From Bacteroidales bacterium (GTDB taxonomy: Bacteria; Bacteroidota; Bacteroidia; Bacteroidales; VadinHA17): a stretch of 64,000 nucleotides of DNA. Location of the stretch: contig PLNF01000022.1 in the NCBI GenBank assembly GCA_003141715.1, positions 15,506-79,505 on the forward strand, read 5' to 3'. Of the stretch, positions 39,911-48,820 are shown in pieces. Each line of letters starts with the position of its first letter. Position 1 is the first letter of the stretch. The position numbers were made by a program, and so were the translations under genes. The notes beneath the pieces were generated by a model. The model saw only the letters and a program-made list of their open reading frames with translations, ran no database searches and had not been told where the DNA came from.

Positions 39911-41455
39911 CTAAAAAGGTGGGAGACCGTGTTTCTTGTGTGGCATTGAAACATCCTTATTCTCAGATACCTCAATAGAATGCATCAGGAATTTCCTTGT
40001 TTCGGAAGGTTCAATAACAGCATCGACATACCCTCGTGAAGCAGCCACATAAGGGTTGGCAAACTTGGTTTTATACTCTTCAACCTTTTGTTTTCTCATT
40101 CCATCAGGATCTGCAGAGGATAAAATCTCTTTCCTGAATATAATGTTCGCGGCTCCTTCCGGTCCCATAACAGCAATTTCAGCAGATGGCCATGCAAAAA
40201 CAAAATCAGCGCGGAGATGTCGCGAGCTCATGGCAATATATCCTCCGCCGTATGCTTTTCTGAGGATAACAGTTAGCTTGGGAACAGTAGCTTCACTATA
40301 TGCGTAAAGAACTTTAGCTCCATGCCGTATCACACCTGCATGTTCCTGATCCACACCAGGCATATACCCCGGCAGGTCGACCAGTGTAATAATAGGAATG
40401 TTAAAAGCATCACAATAACGGATGAATCGTGCTGCTTTGTCGGAAGAATCAACATCAAGCACACCTGCCATTTCGAGAGGTTGGTTAGCAACAAACCCCG
40501 TTGTTCGTCCTCCCATTCTGCCAAACCCGATCACAATGTTTTTTGCATAAAGCTCCATTATCTCAAAGAAATCCGAATTGTCCACAATTGCCCTTATCAC
40601 ATCTTTGACATCATAAGGCAGAGTCGGATCCTCGGGGACAATCTTATTAATATCATATTCAGGTTTCGGTTCACCGGGTTCAAACATTCTGGCTTTCTGC
40701 CCATTATTCCAGGGTATAAAAGTGATAAGTTTTTTGATCTGATCAAAACACTCCTCCTCGCTCAAAGCAAAGAAGTGAGCATTACCTGTTATTTCACTAT
40801 GCACTCTGGCACCTCCGAGATCTTCCATCGAGATTTCTTCTCCAAGGACAGTTTTTATCACCTCGGGTCCGGTGATAAACATTTTTGAAATATTGTCAAC
40901 TACAAATACAAAATCGGTAAGAGCAGGTGAATAAACGGCACCACCGGCACACGGTCCGAGGATAACCGAAAGTTGTGGAATGACACCACTGGATATAGTG
41001 TTACGGAAGAAAATTTCACCATAACCGGCAAGCGAGTTAACGCCTTCCTGGATCCGAGCACCGCCTGAATCGTTAATCCCGATAAGTGGCATTCTCATCT
41101 TAAGGGCGTGATCCATAATTTTGGTAATCTTTCGCGAATGCATCAATCCCAGTGACCCTCCGGCAACTGTAAAATCCTGAGCAAAAATGGCAACAGGAGC
41201 ACCATAAATAGTCCCGGAACCGATAATTACACCATCGCTTGGCAGCGACTTCTTATCCATATCAAAATCACGTGCATCGTGCTCAACAAATAAGTCATAC
41301 TCATTGAAGGAATTTTCGTCAAGTAATGCCATAATGCGTTCTCGGGCCGTTCGTTTCCCCATAGCTTTCTGCTTCTCAATAGCCTGTTCTCCTCCGCCAA
41401 GAAGAATCTTCTCACGTTTTTCCTGTAGTTCACGTATCTTTTTATTGACTGGCAT
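39911..41455 (-). CDS. acyl-CoA carboxylase beta subunit / methylmalonyl-CoA carboxyltransferase
   Basis: 514 aa with a two-lobed carboxyltransferase fold. Blocks include AQDFTVAGGSLG, INDSGGARIQEG and GPCAGGAVYSPALTDF. Confidence 0.87.
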   Translation of the reverse strand: MPVNKKIRELQEKREKILLGGGEQAIEKQKAMGKRTARERIMALLDENSFNEYDLFVEHDARDFDMDKKSLPSDGVIIGSGTIYGAPVAIFAQDFTVAGGSLGLMHSRKITKIMDHALKMRMPLIGINDSGGARIQEGVNSLAGYGEIFFRNTISSGVIPQLSVILGPCAGGAVYSPALTDFVFVVDNISKMFITGPEVIKTVLGEEISMEDLGGARVHSEITGNAHFFALSEEECFDQIKKLITFIPWNNGQKARMFEPGEPKPEYDINKIVPEDPTLPYDVKDVIRAIVDNSDFFEIMELYAKNIVIGFGRMGGRTTGFVANQPLEMAGVLDVDSSDKAARFIRYCDAFNIPIITLVDLPGYMPGVDQEHAGVIRHGAKVLYAYSEATVPKLTVILRKAYGGGYIAMSSRHLRADFVFAWPSAEIAVMGPEGAANIIFRKEILSSADPDGMRKQKVEEYKTKFANPYVAASRGYVDAVIEPSETRKFLMHSIEVSENKDVSMPHKKHGLPPF

Positions 41456-41515
41456 ATAAATCGGTTTTAATTATCCGTTATGAATCTTTTTCTATTATGA
41501 GAGCTCAATTTCCGG

Positions 41516-41538
41516 GTACAATTTTAAGGAAATTGTAC
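41516..41538. promoter_or_regulatory. perfect 9-bp inverted repeat GTACAATTT-TAAGG-AAATTGTAC
   Basis: It lies between the LptF/G-like gene end (41549) and the carboxyltransferase start (41455). No U-tract follows on the transcribed (minus) strand, so it could be an operator or a weak terminator. Confidence 0.35.
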
Positions 41539-41548
41539 GAGTTATAAC

Positions 41549-42682
41549 CTATTTCGGGGCCAATTTATAAAGCACAAGACCTATTACTGAATAAATGATG
41601 TTTGGGATCCACATCGCCAGCATTGGGCCAAGGTTACCTTTGAGACAGAATTGTGAAGCAAACTGTAAAAAAAGAATATAGGAAAAACTAAGTCCAAGAC
41701 CAATTCCGATATTCATACCGATGCCTCCCCTTATCTTTCTCGATGATAAGGTGACACCGATAAGTGTAAGTACAAAAACAGCAAAGGGATTAGCAAACCG
41801 TCTGTATTTTTCAATAAGGAAAAGCTTAAGTTCATCCGATCCCTGGAGCCGTAGGAGTTTGATATAATTATCGAGCTCACGTGACGTCATGGTTCCCACA
41901 AAACTGGGGTCCCTGGAAAAATCACCGGGTTTTATCGTCAGAGAAGTATCAATCTGCTTACCCTTCGTGATAATCTCCTCATTTCCTTTTATTTCGCGGA
42001 TATAATAATTAAGTGCAGTCCACTTATGTTTGACAGTATCATAAATTACTGAAGTGGCTGATAGTTTCGATATGAGTTTTCCACTATCAATTTTCTCTAT
42101 TGTGAAATTCTGTCCTCTCTGACTCAGAGGATTGAAGGTTCCCATATAGACTAAAATATCTTTAAAAACCTGCCTATGAATATTTTCTACTGTTACTCTT
42201 TTGCTGGATGAATGATAGTACTTATCTTCAAAATCCATCCTTATGAGGTTCGATTTGGGGATAACAAAATTAGTAAGAACGAAAGTAAATGTCGCTATGA
42301 TAAAAGCTGAAAGAAAATACGGCCACATTATCCTCCGGAAACTCATTCCACTGTTCAGAATCGCAATTATCTCCATGCTTACCGCCATTTTAGAAGTGAA
42401 GAAAATAACGGCAATGAAGACAAACAACGGTGCAAAAAGCATAGCGAAATATGGAATGAAATTCATGTAATAGTCAAATATAATCGCCTTCACAGGAGCC
42501 TGCTTCTCCATGAAGTTATCGATTTTTTCTGCGAAATCAAATACAACAGCAATTGTCAATATCAATATAAGACAAAAGAAGAAGGTACCAAGAAACTTCC
42601 TGATAATATAAGTATCTATAAGTTTGGGCTTCAGAAAACCTATAGCCTCTCTGAAAGCTTTTTTATCATCAAGTATTTCCAT
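41549..42682 (-). CDS. LptF/LptG family LPS export permease
   Basis: 377 aa. It has the typical LIDTYIIRKFLGTFFF start region and six TM segments with a periplasmic insert. The annotated ATG overlaps the tgt 3' end by 43 nt. Confidence 0.78.
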   Translation of the reverse strand: MEILDDKKAFREAIGFLKPKLIDTYIIRKFLGTFFFCLILILTIAVVFDFAEKIDNFMEKQAPVKAIIFDYYMNFIPYFAMLFAPLFVFIAVIFFTSKMAVSMEIIAILNSGMSFRRIMWPYFLSAFIIATFTFVLTNFVIPKSNLIRMDFEDKYYHSSSKRVTVENIHRQVFKDILVYMGTFNPLSQRGQNFTIEKIDSGKLISKLSATSVIYDTVKHKWTALNYYIREIKGNEEIITKGKQIDTSLTIKPGDFSRDPSFVGTMTSRELDNYIKLLRLQGSDELKLFLIEKYRRFANPFAVFVLTLIGVTLSSRKIRGGIGMNIGIGLGLSFSYILFLQFASQFCLKGNLGPMLAMWIPNIIYSVIGLVLYKLAPK

Positions 42683-43767
42683 TTTTTAAAATTACCTTCT
42701 GCAATTTTTTTTCGTGCTTCATCAACCAGCTTCAGATAAAAGGCCAGGTTATGAATACTTGCAATCTGAGCTCCGAGGTTTTCACCTGACATAACAAGGT
42801 GCCTGAGATATGCCTTCGAATAACATAGACTTACTGCTGACGGGCCATCAGAATCTATCGGACTGAAATCATCCATCCATTTTCTGTTCCTTATATTGAT
42901 AGTCCCCTCACCGGTAAACAGCATTCCGTTTCTTCCGTTGCGTGTTGGCATAACACAATCGAACATGTCAATGCCTCTTTCTATCGATTCAAGGATATTG
43001 ACCGGAGTACCGACTCCCATAAGATAACGTGGTTTCTCATCAGGAAGTATCTCATTTACAATCTCTATAATCCTGTACATCTCATCCGCAGGTTCTCCGA
43101 CAGACAACCCTCCGATTGCATTTCCGCCCAGTCCTGCAGAAGCTGTTTTTTCAGCTGATTCTTTTCTCAGATCATCAAATGTTCCCCCCTGAACGATCGG
43201 AAAGAGTAACTGTTCGTTACCCCATAAAGGGTCCGTTTCATTATACCTTACAACTGCCCTGTCGAGCCAGTGATGTGTAAGTGCAACTGATTTTTTGGCA
43301 TAGTTATAGGAACATGGCCATGGAGCACACTCATCGAACGCCATCATTATATCTGCACCTATAATACGTTGAATGTCAACTGTATTTTCAGGAGTAAAGA
43401 GATGCTTCGATCCATCAATATGTGATCTGAACATTGCTCCTTCATCAGTTAGCTTTCTGTTCCCCGTTAACGAGAAGACCTGATAGCCTCCGCTGTCAGT
43501 CAGGATCGGACGCTCCCATGACATAAAATGATGAAGCCCCCCTACTGCCTTAAGTATCTCAGTTCCTGGACGCAGATAAAGGTGATATGTATTCCCAAGT
43601 ATAATTTTTGCATTAATATCCTCTGTCAGATCACGCTGCAAAATACCTTTTACCGTGCCACCTGTCCCCACAGGCATGAATATCGGAGTAGGGATATCTC
43701 CATGCGGCGTTTTCAGAATGCCTGTACGCGCCTTTGATTCCGTATCCCTGCTCTCAATTACAAACAT
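42640..43767 (-). CDS. tgt: tRNA-guanosine(34) transglycosylase
   Basis: 375 aa. Conserved blocks are TPIFMPVGT, ILTDSGGYQVFSL, FDEC, YLMGVGTP and DMFDCVMPTRNGRNG. See the finding on the missing zinc triad. Confidence 0.93.
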   Translation of the reverse strand: MFVIESRDTESKARTGILKTPHGDIPTPIFMPVGTGGTVKGILQRDLTEDINAKIILGNTYHLYLRPGTEILKAVGGLHHFMSWERPILTDSGGYQVFSLTGNRKLTDEGAMFRSHIDGSKHLFTPENTVDIQRIIGADIMMAFDECAPWPCSYNYAKKSVALTHHWLDRAVVRYNETDPLWGNEQLLFPIVQGGTFDDLRKESAEKTASAGLGGNAIGGLSVGEPADEMYRIIEIVNEILPDEKPRYLMGVGTPVNILESIERGIDMFDCVMPTRNGRNGMLFTGEGTINIRNRKWMDDFSPIDSDGPSAVSLCYSKAYLRHLVMSGENLGAQIASIHNLAFYLKLVDEARKKIAEGNFKKWKYLMIKKLSERL

Positions 43768-43903
43768 ATAGTAAAACTTCTTTTCCCGAAGCTCAAAGGT
43801 AATTTTTCCATACGGCTTATAAAATTATAAGGAATTATTGTTGTAATTTATTTTTTGCCTTTCCGTTAATCTTATTAATATTGCTGACATATTTGGAAGT
43901 CAG

Positions 43904-45034
43904 ATGGCCGACCACAAAAATACTTTGCTTTTAGTTATTTTCTGTATCTTTTCATCAACTGCTGTTGTACAGTTATTCTATTATCTTTTCTTTTATCTCT
44001 CAGTTTATTTAAAAAGACTTCCTGAAACGAAAAGGACCAGAGAGCCGGTTTCTATAATAATTTGCGCCAGGAACGAAGCAGAAAATCTATGGAACTTTTT
44101 ACCTACAGTACTGGAACAGGACTATCCCGATTATGAAGTGATTGTTGTAAACGATTGTTCTGAAGACAATTCCTATGAAATACTTGGAAAATATCTGACA
44201 CAATATCCACATCTTAGAATCTCCACAGTAAACAAAGATCCCAAATTTACACACAATAAAAAATTCGCCCAGTTCATCGGAATAAAAGCAGCAAAGAATG
44301 AAATTTTACTCTTTACTGATGCTGATTGTCAGCCAGAATCAGATAAATGGCTTGAAGGTATGACATCACATTTTGATGAGAAAATTAATTTTGTGCTTGG
44401 ATATGGTGGATACCTCAGAGAGAATGGTTTGCTGAACAAGTATATCCGATACGACAGTATGACTATCGCGATGCAGTACCTGGGTATGGCTATACTCGGT
44501 TTACCCTACATGGGTGTCGGAAGGAATCTCGCATACAAGAGGTCGGTTTTTTTCATGAACAAAGGCTTTGGCTCGCATAACCATGTTATATCAGGTGACG
44601 ATGACCTGTTAGTTAATACCATTGCTACAGGTAAGAATACATCAGTTGAGTTCAGAATGGGAACTCATACCAGGTCGATTCCATGCTCTGACATTAATGA
44701 ATGGATAAATCAGAAAAAAAGACATCTGACAACTGCTCCATATTACAAATTCAGAGATAAATTCCTCTTAATAGCTGAGCCATTAACAAGAATGCTTTTC
44801 TACACATCATTCATTGCACTACTATCCTTCATTTTTCTCTGGCCCTGGGTATTAGCTGTTTTTGGGCTAAGATTAATAACCCAGATTATTGTTTTTACTC
44901 TTGTTCAGAAGAAGTTGAATGAACCTGGATTATTAGCTTATTTGTTATTTTTCGATATTTTTTCACCTGTCATCAACAGCGTTATATTTTTAAGTAATAT
45001 CCGGAGCATATCAGGCAAAAACAAATGGAAATAG
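43904..45034 (+). CDS. family 2 glycosyltransferase, membrane-bound
   Basis: 376 aa. An N-terminal TM segment is followed by a GT-A fold (VSIIICARNE, VVNDCSED, TDADC). The C-terminus has further TM segments. Confidence 0.75.
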   Translation: MADHKNTLLLVIFCIFSSTAVVQLFYYLFFYLSVYLKRLPETKRTREPVSIIICARNEAENLWNFLPTVLEQDYPDYEVIVVNDCSEDNSYEILGKYLTQYPHLRISTVNKDPKFTHNKKFAQFIGIKAAKNEILLFTDADCQPESDKWLEGMTSHFDEKINFVLGYGGYLRENGLLNKYIRYDSMTIAMQYLGMAILGLPYMGVGRNLAYKRSVFFMNKGFGSHNHVISGDDDLLVNTIATGKNTSVEFRMGTHTRSIPCSDINEWINQKKRHLTTAPYYKFRDKFLLIAEPLTRMLFYTSFIALLSFIFLWPWVLAVFGLRLITQIIVFTLVQKKLNEPGLLAYLLFFDIFSPVINSVIFLSNIRSISGKNKWK

Positions 45035-45621
45035 GTCACGAATTATCGGACAAAGCCAAAGGCGATCTGTTACTTGTTGAAGAAGCAAAGAAGGGAAATG
45101 AAAAAGCTTTTGCCAGCCTGATGAACCGCTACAGGGATTCCATTTATTATATGCTTCTTAAAATGGTGAATAATGCATCTGACGCCGAAGACCTTACTAT
45201 TGAGGCTTTTGGAAAAGCTTTCAGGAGCATTGATTCATATACACCTAAATTCGCCTTTAGTACATGGCTTTTTAAAATTGCAACAAACAACTGTGTTGAT
45301 TTCATACGAAAAAAACGACTCTCTCCTACCCCGTTTGATCATCTGCAGGATAATTTAGAAAATGTTACTGTAAACATTCAATCAGACTTGCCCGATCCCG
45401 AAGAGTCACTAATTAATCACCAGAAGATAGCAGCGCTTAAAGATATAGTGAACCAGCTAAAACCAAGATATAAGTCACTGATAGAGCTTCGTTACTATAA
45501 GGAATACTCTTATGAAGAGATCTCATCAGAGCTCAATCTTCCAATCGGTACCGTAAAAGCACAATTATTCAGGGCTAAAACTTTGTTATATAATATATTA
45601 ATCAAAACAGGTCACAGATAG
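45025..45621 (+). CDS. sigma-70 family (ECF-like) RNA polymerase sigma factor
   Basis: 198 aa. Region 2 is DLTIEAFGKAF and STWLFKIATNNCVDFIRKK. Region 4 is YSYEEISSELNLPIGTVKAQLFRAK. It overlaps the GT2 gene by 10 nt. Confidence 0.82.
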   Translation: MEIGHELSDKAKGDLLLVEEAKKGNEKAFASLMNRYRDSIYYMLLKMVNNASDAEDLTIEAFGKAFRSIDSYTPKFAFSTWLFKIATNNCVDFIRKKRLSPTPFDHLQDNLENVTVNIQSDLPDPEESLINHQKIAALKDIVNQLKPRYKSLIELRYYKEYSYEEISSELNLPIGTVKAQLFRAKTLLYNILIKTGHR

Positions 45622-46244
45622 TGTCAGAATGCATTTTCAGGTATTTCCCGTTTTTGTCAGATATTCAGAAAGATAAGCTGTCGAAGTTAAAGGTGATATA
45701 CGACAGATGGAACAGCATAATTAATGTAATATCACGCAAGGATATGGACAATTTTTTTGTTCATCATGTTCTTCATTCACTATCAATAGCAAAGGTCATT
45801 AACTTTTTACCAGGCACCAGCATCCTTGATGTCGGGACGGGAGGTGGTTTCCCGGGAATACCACTGGCTATCCTGTTTCCCGATTCTGAATTCACCCTTC
45901 TTGACTCAATTGAAAAAAAAATCAAAGTGGTTAGAGCAGTTTCAGATGAACTTGGATTAGAAAATGTGGTCGCGGTTCGTAAACGAATTGAAGAAGAGAA
46001 TGGTAAGTTTCAGTTCGTTATAAGCAGGGCAGTGACAGGATTCCCCGAATTTGTAACTCTTACTGCAAAAAATATCAGCCGCCATGGAACCAATAGACTG
46101 AATAATGGAATATTTTATCTCAAGGGAGGCGATCTGACAGTTGAGTTATCACAGATTAAGAAAAAAGTAACAGTGTGGCAAATTAAGGATTTTTTTGATG
46201 AATCTTTTTTTGAAACTAAAGTGATTGTATATCTGCCAGTTTGA
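45621..46244 (+). CDS. rsmG: 16S rRNA (guanine527-N7)-methyltransferase
   Basis: 207 aa. The SAM motif is DVGTGGGFPGIPLAI. A GTG start overlaps the sigma stop by 1 nt. Confidence 0.82.
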   Translation: MSECIFRYFPFLSDIQKDKLSKLKVIYDRWNSIINVISRKDMDNFFVHHVLHSLSIAKVINFLPGTSILDVGTGGGFPGIPLAILFPDSEFTLLDSIEKKIKVVRAVSDELGLENVVAVRKRIEEENGKFQFVISRAVTGFPEFVTLTAKNISRHGTNRLNNGIFYLKGGDLTVELSQIKKKVTVWQIKDFFDESFFETKVIVYLPV

Positions 46245-46292
46245 TTTTTTAAAAAAAAACATCTTCCCGGTTTTTATATTTCAAAAAAGTAC

Positions 46293-46300
46293 TACATTTG
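46293..46300 (+). promoter_or_regulatory. -7 box (TACATTTG) for rpmH
   Basis: Exact TAnnTTTG match 43 nt upstream of the ATG at 46343. Confidence 0.45.
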
Positions 46301-46342
46301 CAGTCTCAAATCAGAAGTTAGTTAACAAATATTATTGAAAAG

Positions 46343-46501
46343 ATGAAAAGGACATATCAACCATCAAGAAGGAAGAGAGTAAATAAGCACGGTTTCAGGG
46401 AAAGGATGTCGACTCCTAACGGTAGAAGAGTTCTTGCTTCACGCAGAGCAAAAGGCAGGAAGAAACTCTCAGTTTCGCCTGAGCTTAAATTAAAAGGATA
46501 A
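46343..46501 (+). CDS. rpmH: 50S ribosomal protein L34
   Basis: My manual translation is [52 protein letters not shown]. It is below the size cut-off of the track. Confidence 0.93.
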   Translation: MKRTYQPSRRKRVNKHGFRERMSTPNGRRVLASRRAKGRKKLSVSPELKLKG

Positions 46502-46524
46502 CATACATTTTACAATATTTGATT

Positions 46525-46553
46525 AAAGGTGTCTTCTAAAGGGCGCCTTTTTT
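46525..46553 (+). terminator. rho-independent terminator of rpmH
   Basis: The stem is AAAGGTGTC / GGCGCCTTT with two G-U pairs and an 8-nt loop. A T-run follows. Confidence 0.65.
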
Positions 46554-46561
46554 GTTTGATA

Positions 46562-46698
46562 TATTTTGATGGAACCGCTCCGCGGTTAATTTGATAAATA
46601 CTCAGGAATGCGTGAAAATCCCGGAGGGATTCCATCAATAATAGATATGGAATGCATGTGCATTTGTGAACCACGGAGTGGTTCCATAAATATTATGA
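46562..46698. repeat. cluster of three ~27-nt hairpin-plus-tail repeats (one inverted, two direct)
   Basis: Copy A (46562-46587) reads AACCGCGGAGCGGTTCCATCAAAATA on the minus strand. Copy B (46617-46645) is AATCCCGGAGGGATTCCATCAATAATAGA. Copy C (46669-46698) is AACCACGGAGTGGTTCCATAAATATTATGA. Each has a 6-bp stem, a GGA loop and a TTCCATmAAwA tail. Confidence 0.7.
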
Positions 46699-46705
46699 AC
46701 ATATC

Positions 46706-46713
46706 TATCTTTG
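46706..46713 (+). promoter_or_regulatory. -7 box (TATCTTTG)
   Basis: Exact TAnnTTTG match. It contains the TTG that the track used as the start at 46711. The ATG at 46774 lies 61 nt downstream. Confidence 0.45.
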
Positions 46714-46773
46714 CGCAAAAAACTCTTAATCTTTCCTATTATTCTTACATTTACAGGATTTTTAAATAATAAT

Positions 46774-47895
46774 ATGTCCGACCTTCTTACCCATATAAAC
46801 GATAAGGATCTCCGGGTGATTGCTGATAAGATAACAGGCAATATCCGTATAACTCCTGAAGAAGGTTTGTTCCTTTTTAAAAAAGCTGATCTGTCTCTTC
46901 TCGGTCTGCTTGCCGGTATTGTCAGAAGAAGGCACAACGGAAATCTTGCATATTTCAACCGTAATTTTCATATTGAACCAACTAATAAATGTATTTATAA
47001 TTGCAGGTTCTGTTCTTACCACAAACCTGAGGGTGATCCTGAAAGCTGGGAATACAGTCATAAAGAGATGCTTGACATTGTGAAACGTTTTGACAATAAG
47101 GCCGTTACTGAAGTTCATATCGTTGGTGGTGTACATCCTTCATACGACCTTCATTATTGGGGATCGTTAATAAAAGAAATTAAAGAGTACCGGCCTGCCC
47201 TCCATATAAAGGCTTTTTCAGCAATTGAACTTGATCATATGATTTCACTTACAGGATGCTCAATTGAAGAAGGATTGACACTTTTAAAAGGATATGGTCT
47301 TGATTCTATTCCGGGAGGTGGTGCTGAAATATTCGATGAAGAACTCAGAAAGAAAATCTGCAATGAAAAATCATCGTCTGAGCTATGGCTGAGAATCCAT
47401 GAAACAGCACACAGACTTGGAATTACATCAAACGCTACTATGCTGTATGGCCATATAGAAACATACTCTCACCGCATTGATCACATGGAAAGACTTCGTA
47501 TTCTTCAGGATAAAACACATGGATTTAATGCCTTTATCCCATTAAAGTATAAGAAGTCGAACAACAGTATGTCATATCTGGGTGAAGTGAATACAATTGA
47601 AGATCTGCGAAACTATGCAGTCTCAAGGATTTATCTTGAGAACTTCCCTCATATCAAGGCATACTGGCCAATGACTGGTAAGGAATGTGCGCAGATGTCT
47701 CTCTCTTTTGGTACGGATGATATGGATGGAACAATTGACGATACAACAAGAATCTATTCGATGGCAGGGTCAGAAGAGGGAAATCCGGCGATGAGCTCCG
47801 ATGAGATATGTACGATGATTCGCCAGTCAGGATTCATTCCGGTAGAAAGAGATTCACTTTATACACCCATTTACTCCCCAACCTCATCAGTTTAA
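46774..47895 (+). CDS. radical SAM enzyme of the CofH/MqnC/MqnE family (futalosine-route menaquinone biosynthesis)
   Basis: About 373 aa from the ATG at 46774 (MSDLLTHINDKDL...). It has the cluster motif PTNKCIYNCRFCSY and GGGAEIF. I cannot separate MqnE from MqnC by eye. Confidence 0.75.
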   Translation: MSDLLTHINDKDLRVIADKITGNIRITPEEGLFLFKKADLSLLGLLAGIVRRRHNGNLAYFNRNFHIEPTNKCIYNCRFCSYHKPEGDPESWEYSHKEMLDIVKRFDNKAVTEVHIVGGVHPSYDLHYWGSLIKEIKEYRPALHIKAFSAIELDHMISLTGCSIEEGLTLLKGYGLDSIPGGGAEIFDEELRKKICNEKSSSELWLRIHETAHRLGITSNATMLYGHIETYSHRIDHMERLRILQDKTHGFNAFIPLKYKKSNNSMSYLGEVNTIEDLRNYAVSRIYLENFPHIKAYWPMTGKECAQMSLSFGTDDMDGTIDDTTRIYSMAGSEEGNPAMSSDEICTMIRQSGFIPVERDSLYTPIYSPTSSV

Positions 47896-47927
47896 AATCC
47901 CAACATCTTATCTTATAATTTTATCAG

Positions 47928-47935
47928 TACCTTTG
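47928..47935 (+). promoter_or_regulatory. -7 box (TACCTTTG)
   Basis: Exact TAnnTTTG match 29 nt upstream of the ATG at 47964. Confidence 0.45.
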
Positions 47936-47963
47936 CGTTATTACTAATGTTCAATCTGGTTGT

Positions 47964-48815
47964 ATGAGCTTAAAAAACTTTATCCTGAGCAAACTATTTC
48001 TTAAGAATCTGGGATTTGCCATTATCATTGTCGTTGGAGCAGTAATGATATTGCTTATCTGGATGAACTTTTATACAAGACATGGGCAGGCGCGGCCTGT
48101 TCCCGATTTCGTAGGACTTACAATGGAGCAGACTACGAAACTTGCAAAAAATAGCAGGCTCCGGTATCAGGTAATTGATTCAATTTACACAACAGCCGTT
48201 CCTCGTGGCTGTATTGCTGAACAGAATCCTAAACCAGGATTCAAAGTGAAAAAATGGAGGAATGTCGTCCTTACAATCAATGCATTTCATCCGGAAATGG
48301 TAGCAATGCCAAATCTTATTGATCTTCCAAAAAGACAGGCAATCTTGCTTGTTGAAAGTTCCGGTCTTGAAATCGGACTCTTAAAATACAGACCCGATCT
48401 CTCTATAGATGTTGTTATCGATCAACAATATAACGGGAAGAATATCCACGAAGGAGATTCACTGCAGAAAGGTTCAGTGATCGACCTGATATTGGGGAAA
48501 GGATTAAGTAACCAGCGTACTTCTGTTCCTGATCTGTTGGGTATGAAACTTGATCCGGCAAAAAATAAAATTCTTATTTCATCACTTAACCTGGGCTCTT
48601 TTGTTTATGACAATACTATAAAAAAAGGTGCAGATACCATTAATGCTTTTGTCTATAAACAGATTCCGGAATTTAAAAACGACGCAACTCTTCAACTCGG
48701 ATCTGCAATATACCTTTGGCTCACAGTTGATTCAGCAAAACTTAAAGTTGATTCAACCAAAATTGTTTCAGATACAATCCCGGCAATAACAATTTCAGAC
48801 AAAAAGTCTAACTAA
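47964..48815 (+). CDS. membrane-anchored PASTA domain protein
   Basis: 283 aa. An N-terminal TM helix is followed by three PASTA-like repeats starting PVPDFVGLT, VAMPNLIDLP and SVPDLLGMK. Confidence 0.72.
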   Translation: MSLKNFILSKLFLKNLGFAIIIVVGAVMILLIWMNFYTRHGQARPVPDFVGLTMEQTTKLAKNSRLRYQVIDSIYTTAVPRGCIAEQNPKPGFKVKKWRNVVLTINAFHPEMVAMPNLIDLPKRQAILLVESSGLEIGLLKYRPDLSIDVVIDQQYNGKNIHEGDSLQKGSVIDLILGKGLSNQRTSVPDLLGMKLDPAKNKILISSLNLGSFVYDNTIKKGADTINAFVYKQIPEFKNDATLQLGSAIYLWLTVDSAKLKVDSTKIVSDTIPAITISDKKSN

Positions 48816-48820
48816 CCCGG

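Noticed and set aside
40322-40888. 188-aa ORF antisense to the carboxyltransferase gene (the longest shadow ORF in the window)
   Set aside because: The translation is Cys/His/Arg/Phe-rich with no domain features, and the opposite strand encodes a highly conserved enzyme. I treat it as a codon-complement artefact.
42640-42682. 43-nt overlap between the tgt 3' end and the LptF/G-like gene 5' end, as possible evidence of recoding
   Set aside because: The conserved LptF/G N-terminal block (LIDTYIIRKFLG) starts about 20 codons after the annotated ATG. The overlap most likely reflects an over-extended or slightly long N-terminus rather than anything unusual.
46711-46773. TTG-initiated N-terminal extension of the radical SAM gene (MRKKLLIFPIILTF..., looks like a signal peptide)
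   Set aside because: The TTG is part of an exact TAnnTTTG -7 box. Cytoplasmic radical SAM enzymes have no signal peptide. The ATG at 46774 gives a normal N-terminus.
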